From Vulcanimicrobiaceae bacterium (GTDB taxonomy: Bacteria > Vulcanimicrobiota > Vulcanimicrobiia > Vulcanimicrobiales > Vulcanimicrobiaceae), in the NCBI GenBank assembly GCA_035650875.1, contig DASRGU010000013.1, forward strand, positions 14,495-78,494: a stretch of 64,000 bases of DNA, read 5' to 3'. Below are positions 47,940 through 58,041 of the stretch, piece after piece. How positions within the stretch are numbered: the first letter of the stretch is position 1; each line of letters opens with the position of its first letter. The notes under the pieces were generated by a model. The model had not been told where the DNA came from and did no database searches. It saw only the letters and a program-made list of their open reading frames with translations. The translations under genes were made by a program, and so were the position numbers.

Positions 47940-48785
47940 CTACGCCACGATGCGAACGGCGAGCATCGCCACGTCGTCGCGGAACACGCCGCCGGTGTAG
48001 TCCTCCAGCTCGTCCATCAGGGCGGCGACGATCGAGCTCGGCGGCTCGTCGCGGAGCATTTCGGCGGCGGCGACGAGCCGATCCATGCCGAAGAGGTCTC
48101 CGTGCGGGGAGCGCGCTTCCGTCACGCCGTCCGTCGTCGCCAGCAGCAGCGTTCCGGGGACGACCTCGGCCAGCCGCTGCTTGAAGAGATGGTGCTGATC
48201 GTCGAACACGCCGATGAGCGGCGCGGTCGGCGGCAGCCGGCGGGGCGGCGCGTGCGGCTCGATGAGGATGACCGGCTCATGTCCCGCGGAGGCGTACATG
48301 ATCGCCTGCCGGCTCTTGTCGACGATTGCGAAGAAGACGCTCGCGAACGACTCCGTCCGTTCGAAAGCGTTGTTTTCCAAATACGCGCGGTCGAGCGAGC
48401 GCAGCACACGCTCCGGTGTGAGCCCTTCGGAGGCGAAGCAGCGAAGACCGTATTTCACCAGCGCCGCATGGATCGCGGCCTGCGCGCCCTTACCGGCGAT
48501 ATCGGCGATCGACAAGGCAGCATCGCCATTGTCGAAGTGATACACGTCGACGATGTCGCCGCCGATCGCTCCGTGCGCGAGGCGATACGCCGTCGCGTAC
48601 TCGAGACCGTCGATGTGATGCGCCGGCGGCGCGAACAGATGCTCGATGAGCACCTGCGCCGCCGCGCGATCCGCCCGGCTGAACGGAGCGCGCGACTCGG
48701 ACTCCGAGAGCGCGAGTTGCTCCGCCGGCGTCGGCGTCGGCTCGGTGGCGAACGGGCTGGTGAAGGACGAGCGGGGATCGGACAC
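47940..48785 (-). CDS. PP2C/SpoIIE-family serine phosphatase; start uncertain
   Basis: IGGDIVD, IADIAGKG, SAGHEP, TDGVTEAR, DDVAML. Confidence 0.9.
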   Translation of the reverse strand: MSDPRSSFTSPFATEPTPTPAEQLALSESESRAPFSRADRAAAQVLIEHLFAPPAHHIDGLEYATAYRLAHGAIGGDIVDVYHFDNGDAALSIADIAGKGAQAAIHAALVKYGLRCFASEGLTPERVLRSLDRAYLENNAFERTESFASVFFAIVDKSRQAIMYASAGHEPVILIEPHAPPRRLPPTAPLIGVFDDQHHLFKQRLAEVVPGTLLLATTDGVTEARSPHGDLFGMDRLVAAAEMLRDEPPSSIVAALMDELEDYTGGVFRDDVAMLAVRIVA

Positions 48786-49082
48786 GGGACGGGCACCCAC
48801 GGAAAGCGGCGCCGGGACGAATTGTCCCGGCAAGCAGACAGACGCGCGAGGCGACGAACGAGACCGTCCGCCGCCCGAGCGCGTGACCTCGCGGATTAGC
48901 CGCCGGGCCCGCACCCTGCTCCCTCCACACGATTCAACTTTGGTAAAGATCGCCGATCTCGCGTCGCGAGCAAGAAGCTGACGTCGCCGGCCAATCCGAC
49001 TCGTCGCCGCGGTCGCGCAGGCGCACGAACGAGCGGCGAAGAGAGCGTGGTACTCCGGCCGGTCTTGCGCGTTCGCGGGCCG

Positions 49083-49715
49083 TTACGCGTCTTGCCGTCC
49101 GAGATTCGTCCGCCGGACGCGGAAGAAGTCGCCGTCCTGGATCTCGGTACCGCGCGCTTCGGCTCGCCGCTCCGCCGGCAGGACGCCGTAGCGCGGAATG
49201 TGCTTCGAGCAGTGGATGTAGGCCTCGTGCACCGTGACCTCGACCCAGTGCTCGAGCGGCGATTGCCCCTTCAGGTTGGCGTGCACGAGCGGCTCGCCGT
49301 CCTCGTACGCCGACGGATCGTGGAACAGACGGACGGCGCCGTTGACGTGCAGGCCGACGCGCGCGCCCGTGAAGTCGACGAACAGCAGGCCGATGTGCGC
49401 GTTCTCCGTCATGTTGCCCAGACTGGCCATGACGCCGTTGCCGCGATACTCGGGATAGAGCAGCGTCTTCTCGTCGACGACGCGCACGAATCCGACGCGG
49501 CCCGCGCGCAGCGTCGCGTCGCAGTTCCCTTCGGCGTCGGCGGTGGCGACGAACATCACGTCACGCTGCGCGATGAACGCGCGCATCTGCTCGTTGATGT
49601 GATCGAGCACCTGGTTCGCGTAAAACTGCTCCGCCCGCTTCGCCGTACCCATGCGGGATTGCAGGGACCGCTCACCGCGCGATCCTCGGCTCGACTCCGT
49701 TCGTGTTTCGATCAC
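49083..49715 (-). CDS. Pyridoxamine 5'-phosphate oxidase-like FMN-binding protein
   Basis: MFVATADAEG, YPEYRGNGVMASLGNM, EAYIHCSKHIP. Confidence 0.88.
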   Translation of the reverse strand: MIETRTESSRGSRGERSLQSRMGTAKRAEQFYANQVLDHINEQMRAFIAQRDVMFVATADAEGNCDATLRAGRVGFVRVVDEKTLLYPEYRGNGVMASLGNMTENAHIGLLFVDFTGARVGLHVNGAVRLFHDPSAYEDGEPLVHANLKGQSPLEHWVEVTVHEAYIHCSKHIPRYGVLPAERRAEARGTEIQDGDFFRVRRTNLGRQDA

Positions 49716-49920
49716 GATCCCTCACAACTGTGACCCGGCGCATCCTTGCCCGAGTTCGGTTGTATCATTCGGTCGTCCGCACGTGAACGGGTGTGACAGG
49801 ATCTTTACACCTGTACGACGTCGCGCTCGTCTCGCGGTCGGCGCGTGACAAGTCGGCTCGACTTCGGTGCGCGGCACCCGCGACCGAGTCTTCAGCAGCA
49901 AGGCACGGGATGTGAAGCGA

Positions 49921-49955
49921 CGCCGGAGCTGCTTGCGCCGCAAGCCGCTCCGGCG
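49921..49955. terminator. Strong hairpin 20 nt downstream of the S9 peptidase operon
   Basis: CGCCGGAGC/GCTCCGGCG outer stem plus GCTTGC/GCAAGC inner stem; no clear U-tract. Confidence 0.4.
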
Positions 49956-49974
49956 AGTCTCCATCAGCCGCGCC

Positions 49975-51945
49975 CTAGGACCGGAAGTTCTGTGCGAACC
50001 AGTCGACCCAGCGGCGCGCGACGTCTTCCATGTGCAGCGGGTCGGCCGGAAAGTGCCCGTTGACCGGATAGATCAGCAGCTGCACCGGAGCTCCCGCCGC
50101 GCGCAGACTGTGGTAGAACTCGTACGACGTCGGCGTCGGCACGCGCTGGTCGCCGGCGTCGCTGACGATCAGCGTGCGCGTCTTGACGTTCGCCCAGTAG
50201 GTCTGCGGCGACTGTTCGATCGTCGTCCGCATCGCCGCTGCGTCGTTCCACGGATCGCCGCCGATGAGGATGTTCGCGTACGAGTCGATGTCGCCGATCG
50301 TCGCGACGTTCTCGAGCGAGTCGACGGCGGCGCCGTCGAACGCCGCGCGCCAGCGCGTATCGTGCGTGATCATCCACGACGTCATCCAGCCGCCCGCCGA
50401 CCATCCCGAGACACCGATGCGCGTCGTGTCGACGTGATAGCGCTTTTCGACGAGAGCGACCGACTCGAGGATGTCGCGCCCGGCGATCGACGCCGGGTGC
50501 TTGATCGACGTCGCGATGCCGCGTGCGCCGAGGCTGTTGCTGCCGCGGTAGTTCGGCTCGAGAACGAGCCAACCCCGCGCCGCCATCAGCTCCGGGACGC
50601 CGAGAAAGTCGAACCCGACGGATGACGCTCCGGTCGGGCCGCCGTGGATGTAGAGCACCATCGGATAGCGCTTCGCGCGATCGAAGCCGACGGGTTCGGT
50701 CACGACGGCATCGAGCGGGATCCCGTCCGGGCTCGTCCACGCGATCGTTCGCCGTGTACCCATCGGGTGCCGCGCGAACGCCGCATTCGAGTTCGTGAGC
50801 GCCGTGAGCCGGCTCGCGTGCGGCGCGAGCACGTACACCTCGGAAGGATCGTGCTCGGTGACGCCCGCGAACGCGAGGCTGCCGTTGCGCGCCGTCGAGA
50901 ACTCGACGTAATTCGCGTCGACGTCTCCGAACGGAAGCGGCTTGAACGAGCCGCCGCGCAGCACGTACCCGCGTCCACGCGTGCCGTCGCCGGCCGAGAT
51001 CACGACCGCTCCGCTCGCGTCGAACGCCGGCGGATCCGCGCTGCGATCGAGCCGCGCGCCGACGTCGACCGGGTGCGCGCCGTCCGCCGCAGCGACGATC
51101 ACGTCGTTCTGCAGCTGGGCGATACGGTTCGGCCCGAGGTACGCGACGCGCGCGCCGGCGCGGTCGTACACGGGGTCCATCGTCCCCGGCCCGGCGAAGA
51201 AGCGCACCGCGCCGCTCGGGACGACGGCGTACGCCGCTCGCGTACGCCCGTAGAAGTTGAACGATCCGTCCGGGTTCCACGTGAACGCGATCGCGCGGCC
51301 GTCGGGCCGCCACACGAGCTTGCTCGTCGGCGCGACGCCCCACGTCCCGTGGGTGAGCCGCTTCGCCTTTTTCGGATCGTCGCCGACGATCCAGATGTGC
51401 GCCGGGATCACCGCGCTGCGGGCCGTAAACGGCTGCTCCGTGATGACGAAGCCGTCGTCGTGCGCTTCGATGGCCTTCTTGTTCGGCGCGGTGTCGAGGG
51501 TGACGTACGCGATCCGCTTCCCGTGCGGGCTCCACGCGTAGATGGTGATGCCGTTCTCGGCCGCGGTCGCGGGTCGCGCTTCGCCCCCGTTCATCGGCAG
51601 CACGTAGACTTGCGCTTTCTTCTTCTCGTCGAGGCTGACGAACGCGAGCCGGTCGCCCGAGGGCGACCACCGCGGCGCGCTGACCATCGCGCGATCGACC
51701 GTCAACGCGCGCTTCGCATGCGTCGCGACGTCGATCACCACGAGCTCGGGCTTCGGATGATTCGCCGTGTAGTCGTTGCGCGTCTCCACGGCGGCGACGT
51801 AACGGCCGTCCGGCGAGAGCTGCGGGTCGGAATACCGGACGATCGTCCGAAGGTCGCTCAACGCGAGAGGAGCCGGCGCCCGGGCGGCGCCGAGCAACGC
51901 GACGGCGGCGATCATCGGAACGGCATGACGCAGCAGCGTCCTCAC
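49975..51945 (-). CDS. S9 family peptidase (secreted)
   Basis: GTGA overlap; PD40/beta-propeller repeats; IHGGP, GWSAGG, DQRV, GHF catalytic motifs. Confidence 0.9.
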   Translation of the reverse strand: MRTLLRHAVPMIAAVALLGAARAPAPLALSDLRTIVRYSDPQLSPDGRYVAAVETRNDYTANHPKPELVVIDVATHAKRALTVDRAMVSAPRWSPSGDRLAFVSLDEKKKAQVYVLPMNGGEARPATAAENGITIYAWSPHGKRIAYVTLDTAPNKKAIEAHDDGFVITEQPFTARSAVIPAHIWIVGDDPKKAKRLTHGTWGVAPTSKLVWRPDGRAIAFTWNPDGSFNFYGRTRAAYAVVPSGAVRFFAGPGTMDPVYDRAGARVAYLGPNRIAQLQNDVIVAAADGAHPVDVGARLDRSADPPAFDASGAVVISAGDGTRGRGYVLRGGSFKPLPFGDVDANYVEFSTARNGSLAFAGVTEHDPSEVYVLAPHASRLTALTNSNAAFARHPMGTRRTIAWTSPDGIPLDAVVTEPVGFDRAKRYPMVLYIHGGPTGASSVGFDFLGVPELMAARGWLVLEPNYRGSNSLGARGIATSIKHPASIAGRDILESVALVEKRYHVDTTRIGVSGWSAGGWMTSWMITHDTRWRAAFDGAAVDSLENVATIGDIDSYANILIGGDPWNDAAAMRTTIEQSPQTYWANVKTRTLIVSDAGDQRVPTPTSYEFYHSLRAAGAPVQLLIYPVNGHFPADPLHMEDVARRWVDWFAQNFRS

Positions 51946-53984
51946 TTCAGCCACCTCTCGAACCATCCGGCCCACGCTTTCATGATGCTCTCGCGCGCGA
52001 CCGGATCGCTCGGGAAGTGTCCCTCGCGCGGCCACGCCATGAACTCCACGGTCTTTCCGTTGTCGTGCAGCGCCCGGTACAGCTCGAACGACTGCGTGAT
52101 GGGTACGCGCTGATCGCCGATGTCGCTGAGGATCAGCAACGGCGTCGCGATGTGCGAGGCGTACGTCAGCGGCGACTCCTCGTCGAAGAACTGCTTTCCG
52201 GTCTTCGTCCACGGCGTCGCGCCGCCCAAGAAGGTCGACGTGAACTCCTCGTTGATGTCGGAGAGGACGGCTTGTTCGAACCAGTTGTCGACGCCGGCAC
52301 CGGACACGGCGGCGCGCCAGAAGTGCGCGTGTCCGACGAGCCAGGAGGTTTGCAGACCGCCGCCCGACCAGCCGCCCACGCCGATCCGCGACCGATCGAT
52401 GATCCCCATCGCCTCCACGGCCTGGACGCCCCGCAGATTGTCTCTGCCCGGTCCGCTGGCGACGTGCGGAACGATCGCTTGGAGAAACGCGTCGCCGGCG
52501 TTGTCGCTCCCCCGGTAGTTCGGCTCGAGGACGAGATAGCCGTGCGCGGCGAGCACTTGGACGAGCCCGCTGTCGTACCGATTGAAGTCCCACGTGGACG
52601 TGGACACCGGGCCGCCGTGGATGTTCAGCACGAGCGGGTACGTCCTGCCCGGTTTGAACCCGATCGGATACGTCAGCACGCCGTCGACCGTCAGTCCGTC
52701 GCTCTGCCACGTGATCGCTTCGCGCTTCGCGAGCGCGTAGCCCGAGAGCCACGCGTTTTCGTGCGTGAGCTGCTGCGGCGCCCCGCCGCCGCGCACGACG
52801 TAGATGTCGCCCGGATCGGTGCGGCTGACGCCGACGAACGCCATCGTTCCGTTCGACGCGATCGACACGGGCTCGGCCACGTCGACGTCGCCGAGATCGA
52901 CACGCTGCGACGAACCGTCCGCGGCGAGCCTCCACATCACGGACCGCACGCCGTCGTGCGCGCCGACGTAGAGCGCCTTGTCGTCCGGCGCCCAGCGCGT
53001 CCAAGCGACGTTCCGGTCGATGCCCTTTCCGCTCACGATCTCCGCGCCGCCGGCGAGCGAACGTACGCTCACGTCGTGCTGAAGGAAGGCGCTGCCGTGG
53101 CGCGGCCAGCTCAGCGCGATCTTCGTCCCGTCGTGCGACAACGTCCCGCCCGTATCGGGACCGTTCGCGATCGGCACCATCGCTCCGGACACGACGTCGA
53201 TGCGGTCGGTCTGCGCTTTCGAAAGATGGGCGAGCAGCGCATCGGGCCCCATCGTGGCGACGATCGTCTTCCCGTCCGGCGTGTATTGGAGCTCCGAGAA
53301 GTAGTCTGCGACGGACGCTTTCCCGGTCGTCAGCCGCTTCGGCTTGGAGCCATCCGCCTGCACCGTCCACACCGCGACCGGGACGGTCTCTTCGCGGGTG
53401 AGATAATGCTCGTCCGTCACGTAAAAGGCGGGGACATAGCCTTTGGGCTTCGGCGGCTTCGGCAGATCGCGCGCGGCGAAGGCGAAGCCCCCGCCGTCGG
53501 GACGCCACGCGAAGTCCGAGACGCCCGCCTTCACCGAGGTGACTTGCAGCGCGTCGCCGCCGTCCATGGGCAGCACGAAGATCTCCGGCGGTTTGTCGCG
53601 TTCCGGCGAAGCGAGGAACGCAAGCCGGTCGCCGTTCGGCGACCAGCGAATCTCGCTGATTCCGTGCCGGTCGTGAGTCAGCGCGCGTACCGAGCCGTTC
53701 GCGACGTCGACGAGCTCGATCTCGGTCGCTCGTTCGTCGGCCTTGTAGTCGCCGTGCGTGCGCACGTAGGCGACGCGCGTGCCGTCCGGCGCGATCTGCG
53801 CGTCCTCGATGCCGGCGAGGTTGCGCAGCGCCTCGAACGTGAGCGGCTTGAGCGTCGCCGCGGCCGGCGACGGCGTCGCCGTGACGGGCGCGGCCGCAGG
53901 CGCAGCGACCGGCAGGCTGAGGCACGCGACCGCCGACGCGCATGCCGCGGCGCGAGTGGCCGCCGAAGCACGAACTCCGTTCAT
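51942..53984 (-). CDS. S9 family peptidase (secreted), paralog
   Basis: Signal peptide; IHGGP, GWSGGG, DQRV, GHF. Confidence 0.9.
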   Translation of the reverse strand: MNGVRASAATRAAACASAVACLSLPVAAPAAAPVTATPSPAAATLKPLTFEALRNLAGIEDAQIAPDGTRVAYVRTHGDYKADERATEIELVDVANGSVRALTHDRHGISEIRWSPNGDRLAFLASPERDKPPEIFVLPMDGGDALQVTSVKAGVSDFAWRPDGGGFAFAARDLPKPPKPKGYVPAFYVTDEHYLTREETVPVAVWTVQADGSKPKRLTTGKASVADYFSELQYTPDGKTIVATMGPDALLAHLSKAQTDRIDVVSGAMVPIANGPDTGGTLSHDGTKIALSWPRHGSAFLQHDVSVRSLAGGAEIVSGKGIDRNVAWTRWAPDDKALYVGAHDGVRSVMWRLAADGSSQRVDLGDVDVAEPVSIASNGTMAFVGVSRTDPGDIYVVRGGGAPQQLTHENAWLSGYALAKREAITWQSDGLTVDGVLTYPIGFKPGRTYPLVLNIHGGPVSTSTWDFNRYDSGLVQVLAAHGYLVLEPNYRGSDNAGDAFLQAIVPHVASGPGRDNLRGVQAVEAMGIIDRSRIGVGGWSGGGLQTSWLVGHAHFWRAAVSGAGVDNWFEQAVLSDINEEFTSTFLGGATPWTKTGKQFFDEESPLTYASHIATPLLILSDIGDQRVPITQSFELYRALHDNGKTVEFMAWPREGHFPSDPVARESIMKAWAGWFERWLK

Positions 53985-53986
53985 GG

Positions 53987-56896
53987 TTACCGTCCGATCT
54001 GCAGCGAGTAGATCAGGCGATAGACCGCCGGACCGATGTTGCCCGATTCGATGATGCCCAGGTTCCCGACACCGATCCCGTGCGACCCGTTCACCAACGG
54101 CACCGGGATGCCGCCGAAGAAGTTGAAGTACGGCTGCGCGTACACTTGGGTGATGTTGTAGCCCGAGAGCTGCAGCGCACCCGTCTTGCCGATCTGCTGG
54201 CGGATCGTGCCCTGCCACACGACGAACGGCGGGTTGTTGTACGAGTTGTTGGGGCCGTAATACGTCATGCCGAGATTCGCATACAGACCCTTGCGCGTCT
54301 TGTAGTTGAGCTCCGCGTACCCTTGGGAGTACGGAACGCGTCCCGCGAGGGCGTTGACGTCCTCGACGCCGTTGAAGCCGATGCCGGTCGGCTGGAAATT
54401 GATCAGCGGAACGACGGCGAGGTTCGTGGTGTACGGCCCCGAGCTCGTCGCGTACAGCGAGTTCGGGATGTCGTACGCGAACGCGCGCATCAGCGAGCCC
54501 TGGACGCGAAAGCCCACGCCGACGATCGGATCGTCCACGACCTGCGCCTCGACGCCCTCGTAGCGTGCGTGTCCGAGATTCGCCGTCTCGGTGATGTACA
54601 GCGGCGCGGTCTGGCCGATCGCCCCGCCGCTCGTCGCCGTGTACGTGCCCTTCTGGTACGTCTCGTCGAGGAACATGTTGCGCAAGTTCGTCAGGTACAC
54701 GTCCGCGCTCGCGGAGATCCGCGCCGCGAGCCGCCGGTCGATGCCGAGATCGTAGCCGAACGCCGTCTCCGGGCTGATGTTGCCGTTGTTCACGTTCTCG
54801 GTGTAGTACGTCGGCGCACCCGGGATGTTGGGGACCGGCGCGCCTGCGGGCGCCGAGAGCAGGCTGATGTACGGCGGCGCGATGGACGCACCGGCGCTGA
54901 AACGGATCGCCGTGTCGGGGTTGGGACGCGCCAACAGCGCGAACCGCGGCGCGTCGAAGTGGTGCGAGGAATCGGCGAACGTCGCACCGCCGTTGCCCGA
55001 GTAATGGCTGGAGTAGTTGATGAGGTACTCCGCGAGCGTGGCGGAGACGTTCTTCGCCAGCGCGATCTGCGCTTCGCCCTTGATCGTCGTGAACTGCTGG
55101 CCCGAGCCGGGCGAAAGCTGGTACGCGTTGATCGCGTCGAGCGGCGCGTCGAGGAACTCCGTCGACTCGTGGTTCGACTGGTCGAACGAGATCGAGTACA
55201 TGTTGTCGCCGGCGGGCCGGTCGACCTCGAACGAATAGCCGTGCGAGTGGTCTTGATTCAGCTGCAGGTTCGGGTCGCCGCCCGTGCCTCCGATCGTGAC
55301 CTTCTGTCCGTTGAAGTACGTCATCGTCGCCGGCGGCCCGGCCGTTCCGTTGGGGAGGTTGCAGCCGCCGGCCGGCGTGGCGATGTCGCCCAGCGGGCAG
55401 AGCGGCACGCCGCCCCACGTCGCGAGCGTCATCGTCGACTCGCCGGGCGAGGTCGTCAGATCGGTCTCGTAGCTGCTGTAGATGCGCCCGAGAAACGTGT
55501 ACGGACCGATGCCGGTACGCAGCTCGGCTTGATACAAACCGGTCTGCGAGCTCGTCGTCGACATCAGCCCCGCGTTGTCGTCGAACACCGGGTTCGCGCC
55601 CGCCCCGACCGATCCCGTATAGCCCGGCGGAGGCACGAAGTCGAAGAACTGAATCCCCAGCCCGGTGAACGCCGCCAAGCTCGTCGAATTGCTGTCGTAC
55701 ACGGCCTGACCGCCCAGGAAGCTCATCGTCAGCGCGGTCTGCTGCGAAAAGTTCACGCGAATCTTCGCCAGCTCGCTGTCCTGGTGGAACCCGGTGTTGA
55801 GCGCGTTGCAGCAGAAGTACAGCGGCTGCGAAAGCCGGATCTCGCCGGGGTATCCGGCGTATTGCGGCGTGTTCGCCGGCACGAACGTCGTCGTGGGACC
55901 CGCGATCTGGCGGCCGTTGATCGTGTACGGCGCCGCGCCGAGATAGTCGAACGTCGTGGTCGAGCTCGGCACCATGAAGTTGTCGAGCGGCCCGGTCGTT
56001 CCGTCGGTCGCGAGCGCGAACGCGTAGTCGACGACGTGTCCGGGCAGCGAGCCCGTCGCGCGCGCCGTGGTCGTGATCCCGCCGTACTCGTCCGAGCCGA
56101 TGTTGAACGACTCGTGCGGCGTGCGGGTGGGCTGGAGCGTGATGTAGTTCACCGTACCGTTGATCGCGGAGTTGATCTCGGTCGCGAACGAACCCGGCCC
56201 CTTGACGACCTCGACGTCCTGCAGCACGCCCGGATTGATGAGGATCGGGTTGTACTCTCCCGTCGCGCCGATCGAGATCGGATGGCCGTCGATGAGCGAC
56301 TCGGTCTCGTACGGGAGGCCGCCGCGGATCATGACCGCCTGCGTCGTCCCCTGCGAAGCACCGTTCTGCTCCAGATGCGTCGTGATGATGCCGGGCGTCT
56401 CGTTCAGGATGTCGACGAGCTGCGGCTGGCCTTGGTCGACGAACGCCTGCGCGGTGACCACCGCGACCGACGACGGCGTCGTGTTGATCTGCGAGCGGCC
56501 GTTGACCGTCGCGGACGTTTGACCGATGACCCGCAGCGAGGTGAACGACGACTGCGCCATCGTCACGCGCAGCGAGACGGGCGCACCGGCGACGACGGCG
56601 ATGCCGGCGACGCGCGCGGTGTCGAAGCCGCTTCGCGTAACGACCACCGTGTAGACGCCGGGGGCGATGCCGGTTAAGGTGAAGGTTCCATCGCTCGCGC
56701 TGCGCGCTCCGGCGCGGCTGCCTTCGAGCGAGATCTGGGCGTTTGCGACGGGTTTGCCGTTCTGATCCACGACGGTGCCGCTGACCGCGCCTGCCGTGAC
56801 CGCATTCCCCCCTGCGTTCTGCGCTTGTGCACCGGCGAGTATCGGGCAGCCCACCCACGCGAGTCCCAACAGAAGTGAGAAAGCGAGTGGCTTCAA
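53987..56896 (-). CDS. TonB-dependent receptor with carboxypeptidase-regulatory-like N-domain
   Basis: Signal peptide, VSGTVVDQNGKPVANA, plug LIDGHP...VEVVKGPGS, NGNISPETAFGYDLG. Confidence 0.88.
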   Translation of the reverse strand: MKPLAFSLLLGLAWVGCPILAGAQAQNAGGNAVTAGAVSGTVVDQNGKPVANAQISLEGSRAGARSASDGTFTLTGIAPGVYTVVVTRSGFDTARVAGIAVVAGAPVSLRVTMAQSSFTSLRVIGQTSATVNGRSQINTTPSSVAVVTAQAFVDQGQPQLVDILNETPGIITTHLEQNGASQGTTQAVMIRGGLPYETESLIDGHPISIGATGEYNPILINPGVLQDVEVVKGPGSFATEINSAINGTVNYITLQPTRTPHESFNIGSDEYGGITTTARATGSLPGHVVDYAFALATDGTTGPLDNFMVPSSTTTFDYLGAAPYTINGRQIAGPTTTFVPANTPQYAGYPGEIRLSQPLYFCCNALNTGFHQDSELAKIRVNFSQQTALTMSFLGGQAVYDSNSTSLAAFTGLGIQFFDFVPPPGYTGSVGAGANPVFDDNAGLMSTTSSQTGLYQAELRTGIGPYTFLGRIYSSYETDLTTSPGESTMTLATWGGVPLCPLGDIATPAGGCNLPNGTAGPPATMTYFNGQKVTIGGTGGDPNLQLNQDHSHGYSFEVDRPAGDNMYSISFDQSNHESTEFLDAPLDAINAYQLSPGSGQQFTTIKGEAQIALAKNVSATLAEYLINYSSHYSGNGGATFADSSHHFDAPRFALLARPNPDTAIRFSAGASIAPPYISLLSAPAGAPVPNIPGAPTYYTENVNNGNISPETAFGYDLGIDRRLAARISASADVYLTNLRNMFLDETYQKGTYTATSGGAIGQTAPLYITETANLGHARYEGVEAQVVDDPIVGVGFRVQGSLMRAFAYDIPNSLYATSSGPYTTNLAVVPLINFQPTGIGFNGVEDVNALAGRVPYSQGYAELNYKTRKGLYANLGMTYYGPNNSYNNPPFVVWQGTIRQQIGKTGALQLSGYNITQVYAQPYFNFFGGIPVPLVNGSHGIGVGNLGIIESGNIGPAVYRLIYSLQIGR

Positions 56897-57200
56897 AGCA
56901 ACCTCGAGCTCGTCAGTTTTCTTGCGAGAGCACGGAACGCTGTGAAACGGAATTTCGCCGGACTCCTAGAAGACCGGACGCGTTCCTGCTCCGCGTCGCG
57001 GATTCGGCGACGGTGACAGGCTGTCCCCCCTCATACCGCTCCTCGCGTTCGCGGCGCGGCGCGAGCAGCTCACGGCCGCCGGCAGCTGTGCGTCCTCGCC
57101 TCAGCTGCGGCAGGGAGCGCGCGCATGCGCTCGTAACGGCATCATGCAGCGCCGGCGCGGTCGCGCGCCGGATCGGCGAACGCGGTTTGAGAGGCACGGC

Positions 57201-57617
57201 ATGAAAAACGAAGCCATCATCGGCGGCATCACGATCGGCGGCCAGCCCTCGCGGGACGAGCTGCGGTCGGGCCGATTCGCGCACGTCGTCAACATCCGCG
57301 CCGCGGGTGAAGAGGGGAACGATTCGGAATCGGCGCTCGCGGGCAGCGACGTCGGCTACACGCACGTTCCGTGGACGATCGACAGCGTGACCGGCGACGA
57401 CATCGACCGCATCGAACGAGCGGTCACGGACGCGAACGGTGCCGTTCTCGTCCATTGAGCGGGCGGCACGCGGGCCGCGGTCGCGGCCGCCGTCATCCAG
57501 GCAAAGCGTGAAGGCACCGGCGAGCGCGGCGCGATGAAGGCCGCCGCCGACGCGGGGTTCCCGGTCGAACGAACGCCGTACGGCGACTTCATCCGGCGGT
57601 ACTTCGCCGGGCGGTAG
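57201..57617 (+). CDS. DUF442/PTP-like sulfurtransferase-phosphatase with in-frame TGA (probable selenocysteine, codon 86)
   Basis: IGGQPS..VVNIR..YTHVP..VLVH-TGA-AGGTRA completes an HCx5R loop; frame continues 52 codons to TAG at 57615-57617. Confidence 0.85.
57462..57494 (+). promoter_or_regulatory. Putative bacterial SECIS element
   Basis: GGCGGC/GCCGUC lower stem, ACGCG bulge, GGCCGC/GCGGCC upper stem, GGUC apical loop starting 20 nt after UGA. Confidence 0.65.
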
Positions 57618-57655
57618 AAACGCGTCGAGCCGCACGCGCGCAGCGCGCGACGTCG

Positions 57656-57979
57656 TTACCGGCGAGGTCCGGAGATCAACACGCGCTGCGCGACGATGAG
57701 AATCAGCAGGAACGCGATCCCGGCGAGCGGCACGGCATATGCAGGACCGCGAGCCGGCCCTGCGTCCGCGGACCGCACGAGCGCAACACTGAACGCGACC
57801 GCGATGCACGGCAACACCAGGATGAAGCCGCGCGGGCCGTACGTGACGTCGCCGGTGTCGCCGCCCCAGCGCGTCGGAATGCGGGGCGGCAAGCGGCGCC
57901 ACGCGCGAAACGTCGTCACGAGGAGCGCGGCGAGCGCAGCCGCCTGAATCGCGAACAGCGCCTCCACCAGGTCGCGCAT
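57656..57979 (-). CDS. DUF1648-like membrane protein
   Basis: [21 protein letters not shown], three hydrophobic segments. Confidence 0.7.
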   Translation of the reverse strand: MRDLVEALFAIQAAALAALLVTTFRAWRRLPPRIPTRWGGDTGDVTYGPRGFILVLPCIAVAFSVALVRSADAGPARGPAYAVPLAGIAFLLILIVAQRVLISGPRR

Positions 57980-58041
57980 GCAGACATCATAGCACGGCCG
58001 GGCGCGCCGGGTTGGAGCGGCGTCGCAACGAAGGGGCCGCA

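Noticed and set aside
49790-49812. CRP/FNR-like site GGTGTGA-8-TTACACC
   Set aside because: Spacing does not match TGTGA-N6-TCACA; too weak to call.
33600-50000. attL/attR pair and integrase for the tRNA-adjacent region
   Set aside because: No second copy of the tRNA-Glu 3' end and no recombinase found by eye.
49975-56858. 1322-aa and 1638-aa minus-strand ORFs as giant proteins
   Set aside because: Each is one S9 peptidase plus an out-of-frame shadow of the upstream gene; true starts are at 51945 and 53984.
56897-57200. Cobalamin or other riboswitch upstream of the TonB-dependent receptor
   Set aside because: No B12-box or other known consensus visible.
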